Assembly: GCA_951406725.2 (NCBI GenBank)
Contig: OX597818.1
Location: 79,794,001 to 79,858,000 of the forward strand
Source: Octopus vulgaris
Taxonomy: Eukaryota
Length of the DNA stretch: 64,000 bases
Reading direction: 5' to 3'
Part shown: piece by piece, positions 1 to 11,080 of the stretch
Layout of the letters: every line of letters begins with the position of its first letter
Position numbering within the stretch: position 1 is the stretch's first letter
Translations under genes and position numbers: made by a program
The notes under the pieces: model-generated
What the model saw: the letters and a program-made list of their open reading frames with translations, nothing else
Database searches by the model: none
Told to the model about the DNA's origin: nothing

Positions 1-506
1 TTTATCTTTCTTGCTTTTCCCAAATCTCGCAATTTACCCTTTATCGTTTTTCTTTCGCTATCTATGCCTATATTTGTGAGTGTGTATAAGAGGGAATGTA
101 TGTGTGTTTGTCTCTATGCGCATATTTTGTGAGTTAGAGTGCGTGTGTGTCAGTGTGTGCGCGTCTGTGAGACGTATTTCAGCGTGTGTCAATGTACATG
201 CGTTTATAAGTATGTTTATACAAGGTTAAAAGAGAAACAATAAATTATAGTGAAGGTAACAGAGACGTTCACTAGTTGTATGTATGTGTGTGTGTGTCTG
301 TGTGTATAAGTATATAAGTATATATGCATGCTGGTGTGTATGTGCGTACATACTTAAGTGTGTATGTATGTATGTATATATGTATGTCTATATGTACGTA
401 GGTGTATATGTATGTATATCTAGGTGCGTATTGATGAATGTGTGTTGGCGTGAATATATGTATGCATGTGTATGTATGTCGGTGCGTGTGTATGTAGGTA
501 GATACG

Positions 507-509
<3 letters not shown>

Positions 510-538
<29 letters not shown>

Positions 539-668
539 TGTATGTATGTATGTATGTATGTATGTATGTATGTATGTATGTATGTATGTATGTATGTATG
601 TATGTTTGTATGTATGTATGTATGTATGTATGTATGTATGTATGTATGTATGTATGTATGTATGTATG
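510..668. repeat. (TATG)n microsatellite; representative of dozens of (TA)n, (TG)n, (TATG)n, (GATA)n, (TAA)n and (AGT)n tracts across the window
   Basis: Direct tandem tetranucleotide array; explains the YVCM/HTYI-type ORFs in the track. Confidence 0.98.
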
Positions 669-740
669 CGTATATATATTTTTGTACGCATGTTAGTATG
701 TAGGTGTACATATATATGAATTTAAATAGGTACGTATTAT

Positions 741-940
741 TTTATTCTTTTATTTTTGCTTGTTGCAGTCATTTGAGTGCAGCCATGCTGGAGCACCGTC
801 ATTTAGTCAAATAAATCGACCCCAGGACTTATTCTTTGTAAACCTGATACTTATTCTATCAAGCTATAGGGACGTAAACACACCAACATTGGTTGTCAAG
901 CAATGGTGGTGGGGAACAAACACAGACACACACGCACACA

Positions 941-1008
<68 letters not shown>

Positions 1009-1265
1009 GAAATGAAGAAAATGCTGACAAAATAATTTAAGTAATTTAAGTAATTTAATTAGGTGAAAGTTCTTTTTACCGGTTGCGCATTTGTTATGCT
1101 TATCAAAAGATTAGAGTTCCTTTCTGATATATTTTTTCCTCGACAGGCTTTTTTCAGTTTCCGTCTACCAAATCTTCTCTAGTTTCGGGCTTTGGTCGAC
1201 CCGAAGCTAGAGAAGACACCCAAGGTGCCACGCAGTGGGACTGGACCTTCTTACGACATAGTCAT
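741..1265 (-). mobile_element. Octopus-type tRNA-derived SINE (family A), split by (TA)n and an HHR-like insert at ~1005-1140
   Basis: 3' half (741-950) and 5' half (1141-1265) are the reverse complement of the intact copy at 60744-61143. Confidence 0.85.
1071..1110 (-). ncRNA. Degenerate minimal hammerhead-like motif
   Basis: Minus strand reads tct-TTTGATAA-GCAT-aacaa-ATGC-GCAA-CCGG-TA-aaaaga. Stem II and the palindromic CCGG are present, the core is mutated; similar layout to 47798-47841. Confidence 0.4.
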
Positions 1266-1760
1266 GTATGTTAGTAGATATGCATAGTGGGATGTATAAG
1301 TATATATTTGTGGGTAGAGAGGAACATATGTAAGTCTATATGAATATGCGTGTTTATATATATATGTATATATACTTGCGTGTGCACGTATATGTATTTG
1401 TGTATATATATATATGCGCATGATTTATATGTGCATACACGAAGAGATAACCATTTGTACATAGGCATGCTTAACTAAATATTTTGCCGATATATTAATC
1501 TATATATGTATGTATATGTATGTAGTGTGTATGTATGTATATATTTATAATATCGTAGATAGACAGACAGATAGATAGAGAGAGAGGGGGGGGAGATTCA
1601 AAAACGCAGGCTGATATGGGAAATTTGCTTCTCAACCACATGTTTCCGTGTTCAGTCCCACTGCACGGCACCTTGAGCAAACGTCTTCTACCGTAGCCTC
1701 GAGCCGAAAAAGACTTGTGAGTGGATTTGGCAGGCAGAAACTGAAAGAAGCCTGTTGTGT

Positions 1761-1808
<48 letters not shown>

Positions 1809-1879
1809 CAAGCACATACACAAACACACACACACATACGTATATATATGTCCTTGTGTACGTGTGCCTGTGTATATAT

Positions 1880-2080
1880 AAGTCGGCGAGCTGACAGAAT
1901 CGTTAACGCGCCGGATGAAATGCTTAGTGTTATTTCACCCGTCGCTGCGTTCTGAGTTCAAATTCTGCCGCGGTTAACTTTTCCTTTCGGGGCCGATTAA
2001 ATAAGTGCCAGTTGCACACTGGGGTCGATTTAATCCACTTAGTCTACTCCCCCAAGCTGCCCTTGTGGCTAAAATTTAAA
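1880..2080 (+). mobile_element. tRNA-derived SINE family B (Meta/MESC-like central domain)
   Basis: GGCGAGCTGGCAGAATCGTTAG head, GAGTTCAAATTC B-box and GACTTTGCCTTTCATCCTTTCGGGGTCGAT-type core. Other copies at ~11740-11883(-), 15817-16025(-), 19765-19985(-), 20279-20507(+), 20785-20980(+), 39263-39455(+), 55050-55637(-), 58731-58840(+). Confidence 0.85.
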
Positions 2081-2288
2081 ATCATTACTTACTTCATATA
2101 TATTTATTACATATATATATATGGTGGGTTTTTTTTTTTGCCAAATAAACATACGCACTATATATTCGTTCGCTCGTTTATTACTGTTCCTATTTTTTGT
2201 CCATTGTCTGGAAATCATTCGTCACGCATCTGTGACCTCTTCAGCGACCCTTTCCGTCCACATGTATCCTCGTGCTCCGCATATTGAC

Positions 2289-2367
<79 letters not shown>

Positions 2368-2374
2368 CATTTGC

Positions 2375-2617
2375 TGTATTACGAGTCCTGGAAGATTCAT
2401 CTGGCCTCTTACCGGCTTTCCAATGCGCATAAGTGACCAGCATTCCAATATATGGGAAGTCACTTCGTCACAAGTTTGCTCGTTTACGGCTGGGTGAACT
2501 AGAGTAACATAAAATGACGCGTTTCACTCAAGGACACAACGCATCGACCGGTCCGGGAATCGAAACCATGATGTTACAATCGTGAGTGAAACGCGCTAAC
2601 CACTAGCTACACGTCTT
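2375..2617 (-). mobile_element. tRNA-derived SINE family C (V/Deu-like domain)
   Basis: Head GTGGTTAG..GGTTTCGATTCCCGGACCGG..TTGTGTCCTTGAG. Other copies at ~4070-4330(-), 21100-21200(-), 36230-36395(-), 38461-38590(+), 38809-39055(+), 56451-56776(+), 58985-59232(-). Confidence 0.8.
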
Positions 2618-2635
2618 CATTTATAAACTACTTAC

Positions 2636-2804
2636 GCTCCACTTCTTGTGCTGTATGCTCCCCACGTTTCAAATCACTGCCGTAGAACAACAATGACAGA
2701 ACAAGACAAAGAAGGAACTTCAAGACATTGTTAGATCCAAAATAATAACCAGACTTATTCTGTATTGCTTTAACGCGATGTAACTCGCTTAAATATGCAC
2801 GCAT
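2636..2804 (-). CDS. Candidate first coding exon (signal peptide/anchor) of a minus-strand gene continuing left of the window
   Basis: Manual translation MRAYLSELHRVKAIQNKSGYYFGSNNVLKFLLCLVLSLLFYGSDLKRGEHTAQEVE, followed by a phase-1 consensus donor GTAAGT (2635-2630). Non-repetitive sequence, just under the 60-aa ORF cutoff. Confidence 0.45.
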
Positions 2805-3205
2805 ATATCATTTTAGTAGACTATACAAAGCTAAAGTATTGTTTAGCATACCAGTAACTTGTTAAAAGAACTATAACATTTCTCTCTTTTCCTTTTCTCT
2901 CTCTCTCTCTCTCTATCTCTTTTCCTTCTCTCTCTTTCCCTTTCTCTCTCTCTCTCTCTCTTTACGGCTAAACTCTACTGACATTTTCTGGCGAATGCAC
3001 ATGTTTCTATTATTACGCATCTCGTAGTTATGCAAGCGAAGAAGCAGAACTGACAGCAAGTGGTGAACAAGTGTAACGATGGACTAACAGGGCTAGAACT
3101 TGTTCAGATAAACATCTTAACGAATCAGCGATCTTTTTAACATAACGTTCCGCCTCGATAAGCGACATCTGACGGGCATTTAGCGAACCGAAGCTTTCAG
3201 AGATC

Positions 3206-3248
<43 letters not shown>

Positions 3249-4521
3249 CAGAAAGATAGAAAGAAAGAAATAAAGAAAGATAGAACATGCAAACAAACGA
3301 ACTCATTCAGTCAAACAAACAAACAAGCAAAAAGTTTTCTACAAATGTGTGTGTGTGTGAGTGTGCCCGTGTGTGAGCGTGCCCGCGCGCGCGTGTGTGT
3401 GTGTGTGTGTGTGTATGTGTGTGTGTGCGTGTGCATGTGTGTATATGTGTGTGTATTCACGAGTGCGTCGCGCGTGTAGATAGATAGATAGTTAGATAGA
3501 GAGGCGTTAGATTTAAACTGACACAGTGTAATTAACAAAATTTACCCATAGCAGACAATTTAGTTCTTGATTAGAAAAAGACAGTGCAATCCGGCAAGTG
3601 TCAGTCCTTTTGTAGACCTCATCAGAATCAGAGAAGTCACCCATAACTGTGTGTGTGCGTGCGTGTGTGTGTGTGTGTGCGCGCGTGTCTGTGTGTATGT
3701 GTGTATGTGTGTGTGTGTGTGTGTAACAGCTGATAAATTTTCACCGATGTACTCTAGTACTCTAGTTAATTACATGTGCAATATCGGATATAACTATAGA
3801 TATACCATCAATTGTACCATACTTTGTATAATTACCACATTGTTGAGCTTTTATAAAAAAGAACGTTTTACTGCTTTCATATTTTAGGGAAATTCCGAAC
3901 ACAAACAAACAGGTACACACACACACACACACACTTTTATGCGCTCCTACGCCGCTGAGGGTGATTTTGTTTCTTTTAAACTGTTGCGGGTGAACACCAG
4001 CAGAAATGAGATGAGCGCAAAGCAAATTACAGAGGGCCGATATTCTAGACAGTTTTTTTTTTTATTTATTTATGCGCCCTTTTCAAGCCTAGCCAGGTTC
4101 ACGGGCCCGGTTTCCCGGTTTCTGTGGCGTATGTGTTTCCCCCAGCTGGACGGGACGCCAGTCCATCGCAGCGTTACACAAGAAACAGGAAGAGAGAGAG
4201 TGAGGGAAAGTTGGGGCGAAAGAGTACAATAGGGGTCGACACCTACCCACCCCGCCGGAGCCTCGTGGAGCTTTAGGTGTTTTCGCTCAATAAACACACA
4301 CATCGCCCTAACCACTGTGCCATTGGGCTACTAGACGTAGTAGTTAGAGAAAAGGCAGAAAGGTGGGAGGAGGATGCACCAGTTGTGGGATTAGCTCATA
4401 GGTAGTGTCCAAGTGCTTCGAGAACAAATCATTATAGTAGATAGCATGTACGTGTGTGTGTGTGAGGGGGGGGAGAAAATGAGATGACAAAGGAATGAGC
4501 GATTATCTTACGAACTTCATT

Positions 4522-4602
4522 AGCTTACAGATGTTTCTGCTATAGGCTGCAGTGGAGACATAGTTGATTGCCTCAGTAATACCTTATAGCTTCATAGGAG
4601 CT
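4522..4602 (-). ncRNA. Minimal hammerhead motif (core decayed to CCTATGA) within inverted repeat 4474-4533/4642-4706
   Basis: Minus strand: agct-CCTATGA-A-GCTATAAGG...CCTATAGC-A-GAAAC-ATCT-GTA-agct; stems I and II pair. Confidence 0.6.
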
Positions 4603-4808
4603 TCGAACATGAAGTGAGGAAAAGAAATACATATATAACAGCAGCTGTAAGCCGATGAAGTTCTTAAGATAATCATTTCTTGTTTTTTTTTTTCATCTCA
4701 TTTTCTTATTACCACTCTGTAATACTTCGTCCTGAAACATATGTGTACTGAGTCCTACACCAGGTTATTAGACTCGCAGTGCCTAAGTGATATATGTATA
4801 CATTCATA

Positions 4809-4870
<62 letters not shown>

Positions 4871-4945
4871 TGTATGTATGTATGTATTTATGTATGTATG
4901 TATGTATGTATGCATATGATTGTGTGGGTATGTGTGTATAGATAT

Positions 4946-5100
<155 letters not shown>

Positions 5101-5334
5101 CAGACATAATTTTTTTTTTTTTTTTACTTGATTCAGTCATTTTGACGGACGCCATGCTGGCACACCGCCTATAATCGAGCAAATCGACCCCAGGACTTAT
5201 TTGTAAGCCTAGTACTTATTCTATCGGTCTCTTTTGCCGAACTGCTAAGTTACGGGGACTTAAACACACCAGCATCGGATGTCAAGCGATGTTGGGGAAC
5301 AAACAGAGATACACAAACATATACACCCACATAC

Positions 5335-5389
<55 letters not shown>

Positions 5390-6610
5390 TGTATACATAT
5401 ACATGTATATATATGTTAGTTAGTTAGTTAGTTAGTTAATATATATATATATAGATATATACGACGGGCTTCTTTCAGTTTCCTTCTACCGAAACCACTT
5501 ACATGGCTTTGGTCGGTTCGAGGCTATAGAAAAAGACACTTGACGAAGGTGCCACGCAGATATACAGGTATAGATACGTGTGCGGATGTGAGTACGTATG
5601 TGTGTGTGCATGTGTGTGTGTGTGCGTGTGTGTGTACGTGCGTGCATGCGTGCGTACATGTCTGTATGTGCGTATTTGAAAAGTATGAACACATTCGTTC
5701 AATACATTAAGTAAGTATTCAAGGAAAAATAGTTGAGAATCCCTGACGGACTCGTTTTACTAATTACTGACTGACCGTCAGAGGAAGAACGCCCTATTTT
5801 CTTCCCCACTCAAGAGCATAGAATATTGGGTTACTATATAAAGCAGGCAGAAGCTAAATTACTACAGCGGTTGATAGGTTAATTTTGAATATTTGTGTTT
5901 TTTAACAGTTCATCAAAAATATGAAATATATATTTTATACACAAAAATATGCAATATATATTTTATACACAACATATGCAATATATATTTTATACACAAC
6001 ATATGCAATACATATGACATATGTGAAAGCATAGTAAGAAGGCAGAGATTTAGGAGATCCAGCCAAGTAATTCAGTGAGGGATCCATGCGAAATCCAGTC
6101 CAGCAAAATGTATTGGAAGGAAAATTAGATTTAGTATTCAGTTAATACACAAAAGATGTTCCATATAAACTATAAATCCAGGGAAATTAACTGATTATGA
6201 GATCGGTGGATCCACAGAAGATTATAAATTTAGAGAAAGAAATGTTAATGACTGTATGAGGGAGTTATGATTGTTTCGAGAATTAGTGCAATTGTGCAAG
6301 TTATTGTATATTACATATCTTTTTATTTTTATAACTCAGCTTGTTGATTGATGCAACAATTCCACTAATTATTGAAACGATCGTAACTGATGAATAAAAG
6401 CAATACTTCCATCTGCTTTTCTTTGTGTACATAAATGTATTCATTTCAATTCACACCGTGATCAAATTTGCCTTTCATCACTACTAGATCGATAAAATAA
6501 AGTACCAATCAAATATGGGAGTCGACTAACCATCTCCCTCTTCTAAATTTGGTGGCCTTTTACTAAAACTTGCAGCCAATGGTTTAACAACCATTATTAT
6601 TATTATTATG

Positions 6611-6649
<39 letters not shown>

Positions 6650-6652
<3 letters not shown>

Positions 6653-8455
6653 TAGTTTTATTTTTATAGCGTGCTTTCACTTCACTACCGAACGCAGCTC
6701 TGTGTGCCTTGGGTATGTGTTGTGATTTGTTGTGATGCTCTGATGGTTATTGTATGGAAAGTGTTCTGCGTAGGATGTGTGCAGTGCCTAGTAGTGCAAT
6801 TTTCTGTATGTTATATGTGTTTGTAAGTGCTGGTGTTTTTGTTATGTATTTGTCTGAATATTTTTTTATCATGCCTAATGCACCTACTATGATAGGAATT
6901 GTTTCTGTTTTCAGAATCCACATTCTGGTTACCTCTATTTCCAGGTCTTTGTATTTCGAGAGTTTCTCCATTTCTTTTAGAGACACGTTGTCATCTGTCG
7001 GTATTCTCGTACATCAATTAGAAAGCATTTTTTTCTTCATGATCTCTGACAACTATATCTGGCCTGTTGGCCTTAATTTCTCTATCTGTGTGTATCGGCA
7101 TATCCCAGAGTATGGTTGCTTTCTCGTTTTCTGTGACCTTTTCTGGTGTGTGCCTATACCATCTTTTTTCTGTTGTTATTCCATAATGTTGGCATAGCTT
7201 CCAATGTATGTAGGTTCCAACTCTGTCATGTCTGTGAATATATTCCTTCTTAGCCAGGACTGGGCAGCTAGAGATAATATGATTTATTGTTTCTTGTCCA
7301 TCTCCACATATTCTGCAGTTACTTGTAATATTTCTTTTCATTACATGTTTTTGGTAATTTCTGGTGGGGAGGCTTTGGTCTTGTGCTGCAATTAAAAATC
7401 CCTCTGTTTCTGCTTTAAGTCCTGAGCTTCTCAACCATTGCTGGGATTTTTCTTTGTCTATTTCTTTTGCGTTTAGTTTAGTGCAGTATTTACCATGAAG
7501 GGGCTTTTCTTGCCATCGTTTTATCATGGTTCGTTGCTGTTCTATTTTTAGTTTGGATTTCATTTGTTTTATAGCTTTTGTTGTTTCTTCATCTTCTTCT
7601 TCTTCTTCTTCTTCTTCTTCTTCTTCTTCTTCTTCTTCTTCTTCTTCTTCTTCTTCTTCTTCTTCTTCTTCTTCTTCTTCTTCTTCTTCTTCTTCTTCTT
7701 CTTCTTCTTCATGTTTAATAGGTGGTATGATTTCTTGTTTGTATTTGTCAGCTTCCTTAAATACTGAGAACAATTTTTTTATTTTGCTCGTGTTTTGCCG
7801 CTATTTGTATCAGTTTTTCTTCCTTCTGAAGTAGATATTTTTGCATTCCTATGGTGGTTATTTTATAGTAGTTTTCCAGTTGTATAAGGCTTCTACCACC
7901 TTCTATACGTTCTATATATAGTCTTTCTATGTCAGATTTTGGGTGATGCATCCTAGATCCTGTCATTATTTTTCTTGTTTTCCTATCTACTTTGGTCAGT
8001 TCATTTCGTGTCCAGTTAAGGATATTGTAGCTGTAACTTATAACTGGGACAGCTAAAGTGTTAATACCTATTATCTTGTTTTTAGCATTGAGCTCTGTTT
8101 TTAGTATTGATCTAACTCGTCTATAATATTCTTTTTTTATTTTCTCTTTCATTTGTGTGTGTTGTGTCTTATCTAGTTCATGAATTCCTAAGTAGTTGTA
8201 AGTTTGGCTTTGGTCTAATTCTTTTATTTCATTGGTTTTATCTAGTGTGATGTTGCTACTCTTAACTAGTTTTCCTCATTTCATGGTTACTTTGGCGCAT
8301 TTTTCTAATCCAAATTTCATATCTATTTCTTTGGTAAATCCATGAACTATCTTTAATAGTGTTTCCAGTTGTTTGTCATTTGCAGCGTATAGTTTTAGGT
8401 CATCCATATATAAAAGCTGGCTGATCGTTTTGCCGTAACATTTATATCCGCATCT
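6650..8455 (-). mobile_element. 5'-truncated R4/Dong-clade non-LTR retrotransposon (RT C-terminus, CCHC zinc knuckle, restriction-like endonuclease), frameshifted
   Basis: LLYMDDLKLY (~8390-8415), AETEGFLIAAQDQSL, CRICGDGQETINHIISSC, HRHDRV, NRPDIVV and EKLSKYKDL motifs. Flanked on both sides by (TTA)n. Confidence 0.92.
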
Positions 8456-8489
8456 ATTATTATTATTTTTTTTTTTTTTTTTTTTTTTA

Positions 8490-8579
<90 letters not shown>

Positions 8580-9116
8580 CATCATCATCATCATTATTAT
8601 TATTAACTGCTAATGAAGGCTGGATATATGCATAAACAATGTCTTTTTCCCATAAGCAACGACTGTATAAATATATCACACAGAAACTCCCAAAACTGGA
8701 CTCCAATATCTAATCATTGTCCAAGCTTAATTAGGTTATCTACGAAGCAAACCAAATAATACCAAAGTAGAAGATCCCCACAAGCTATGAATCCACAAAC
8801 ATTTTCCACTTTACAAGAATTAAGGAAAACCCAGAATAAGAGTCGACAATATAAGAAATTCATAATCGCGCATAATATTTGTGCATGCCAATTATCAGCT
8901 ACCAAACAGATATCACTCGGCATTAAAAATATAAACACTGCCTAGGAATCCACCAGCTTATTACTAAATATTACTATATAGATTATATAAGTTTTATTCC
9001 ATTGTATGTATAAAGTTCATTAATTTCCGTGTATGTATAAGCAGATTTAATTTTTCCCATATCAAATATTTAACGATAATCGTACATTTTCCTTTCTTTC
9101 TTGTTCTCTCTTTCAC

Positions 9117-9171
<55 letters not shown>

Positions 9172-9187
9172 CTCTCTGTACATACAT

Positions 9188-9253
<66 letters not shown>

Positions 9254-9399
9254 CCGCCTTAAAAGTTGGATATTTTCGTATAAAAACTAATACTTCTAAT
9301 ATAATATGGCTTTTCAGACAACGTAAGGCAACATCCATTGTACTACCGTCATATATTGATTTTTAAGGCAAGAAACGTAGGAATCCATTGTATTTATTA

Positions 9400-10480
9400 T
9401 GATAATATGTTTCAACTGTGTGAGGAGCTTTTCCCTTAACCAGTGTATTAGTGAGAGTCTTCTGTTTCTGCATTCGATGACAGCAAATATGTTTGTCCAT
9501 GTATATGTTTGAAGGGTTTAAAGTTAGTTTGTTCCTACACTTGACCTGGAGTGCATTTGTTACTTTGTTACTTCGCTGAATGGTGCTTCATCTTTAGAAA
9601 TCGTTGAGATTTGTTTGCTCAGGTTGGTACGTAGATCTCTAAGAGTGCATAGTGGGTGGTGTATACATCAGACTGAGTCGCTTGGTTTAATGTATGGTTG
9701 GAATCTTTCGTCGTTAAGGTGGAATGCTGACTATTTTAAGGTTCACGTCGTTGAATAGTTCGTTTATGCCTTTTCTTAACTTATTTGTTGGTTGCCCGTT
9801 TATATTTTTTAAAATTTCTAGACTGTCATCTCTATAAATTCCTCCGTTACTGGTGTGGAATTTGTTGTTTATTAAGCATAAAATGTATAATCCAATTAGA
9901 TCTGAAATTTCTGCGGAATTTCTGACTACCAGACTTACATAAAAGAGATTTGTGTTGTCTTTTTCCGATTCGTTTGCTGTCGTTATAGAAGAAAATTCTT
10001 TTCTTGGAGTGCATTATAATTTGTATGTTAGGGTCTGCCACAAGGTGGAGTTTTGTGAACTTTGTACCTTTTAGTAATTGCTATTTAGTGATGGGTGGAT
10101 AGAAGTCAATTATATCAAATTGGATGAATGTATATTCTTGCTTCTCTGCAATACGAATAAACCAACTTATAATTGAGGCGCTGTTATTCTAAAGTGCTCA
10201 ATGTGCTACTCAAGGACTTGTCAAAATGTTGTTCCTGAGTTTATCTTAAATGTTTTTACTAATTCTTCCTGATTTGGTTTTATATGGCTCTGGCTGCAAG
10301 GTTATCCATGAGGTTGGGATTATGGTCCTTGTGAGTTACGTAAGTATTTTTCTTTATGTGCGGAAACTCTTAAATTATTAGCTTTTCTAAGGCTCGTTAT
10401 TTATTTAATGTTAATAGATTTTTTGTCGTCTTCAGGGAAACTGTTTGTAAATTGATTATTGTAAATGTTAAAGTCCATTT
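9400..10480 (-). mobile_element. Degraded Penelope-like reverse transcriptase fragment
   Basis: Minus-strand manual translations FIQFDIIDFYPPIT (~10085-10130), GGIYRDDSL (~9820-9846) and FQPYIKPSD (~9675-9705) match PLE RT motifs; many stops. Confidence 0.7.
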
Positions 10481-10929
10481 CTCATATGTCACTCATATGT
10501 TTCAAGGCATTATATATATATGTACATAACAGGATTCTTTTAGTTTCCGTCTATTAATCCCACTCACAAAGATTTTGTCGGTCCGAGACTATAGTAGAAA
10601 ACACTTTCCCAATGTTTCACGCAGTAGGATTGAACCCGGAATCATGTGGTTGGAAAGCAAATGTCTTACCATGCAGCCACACCTGTGCCTTGTTTAAAAA
10701 TTTGCAGAAAGCTCCTGCTAAACTACTTCAAAAAATTTTCAAAAGTCTCCAGGCAAGTGATAACACTCTAAAGAATTGAAAGATAAGATTTAAGAATAAC
10801 AATATTGAGCAACTACTGAACACACAGGCCTAATCTCTCTGGCTGTACATATCAGCAAATTGATGGAATGGATTACCACGGATAAACTAATCACGTTCTG
10901 ATAGAAAAATTACTTGGTGACTGACATTT

Positions 10930-11080
10930 GATATAGTTTCCGTCCGGAGAAAATCTGCCTCGTATAGCTTCTATCGTGTTACGACTAGGTATTGAAATGT
11001 AGATACAATATACTTCCATTTAGCGAAGAACTTCGACCAAGTTAATTATGGAATAAGACATCACAAACTAAAGTTATCTC
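10930..11080 (+). mobile_element. Degraded CR1/L2-type LINE RT fragment
   Basis: DTIYFHLAKNFDQVNYGI resembles DxIYLDFAKAFDKVxH; an upstream SFRPEKIC resembles GFRxGRSC. Confidence 0.55.

Noticed and set aside
5834-5843. TATATAAAGC TATA-box-like motif
   Set aside because: Expected by chance in TA-rich DNA; no linked exon or initiator evidence.
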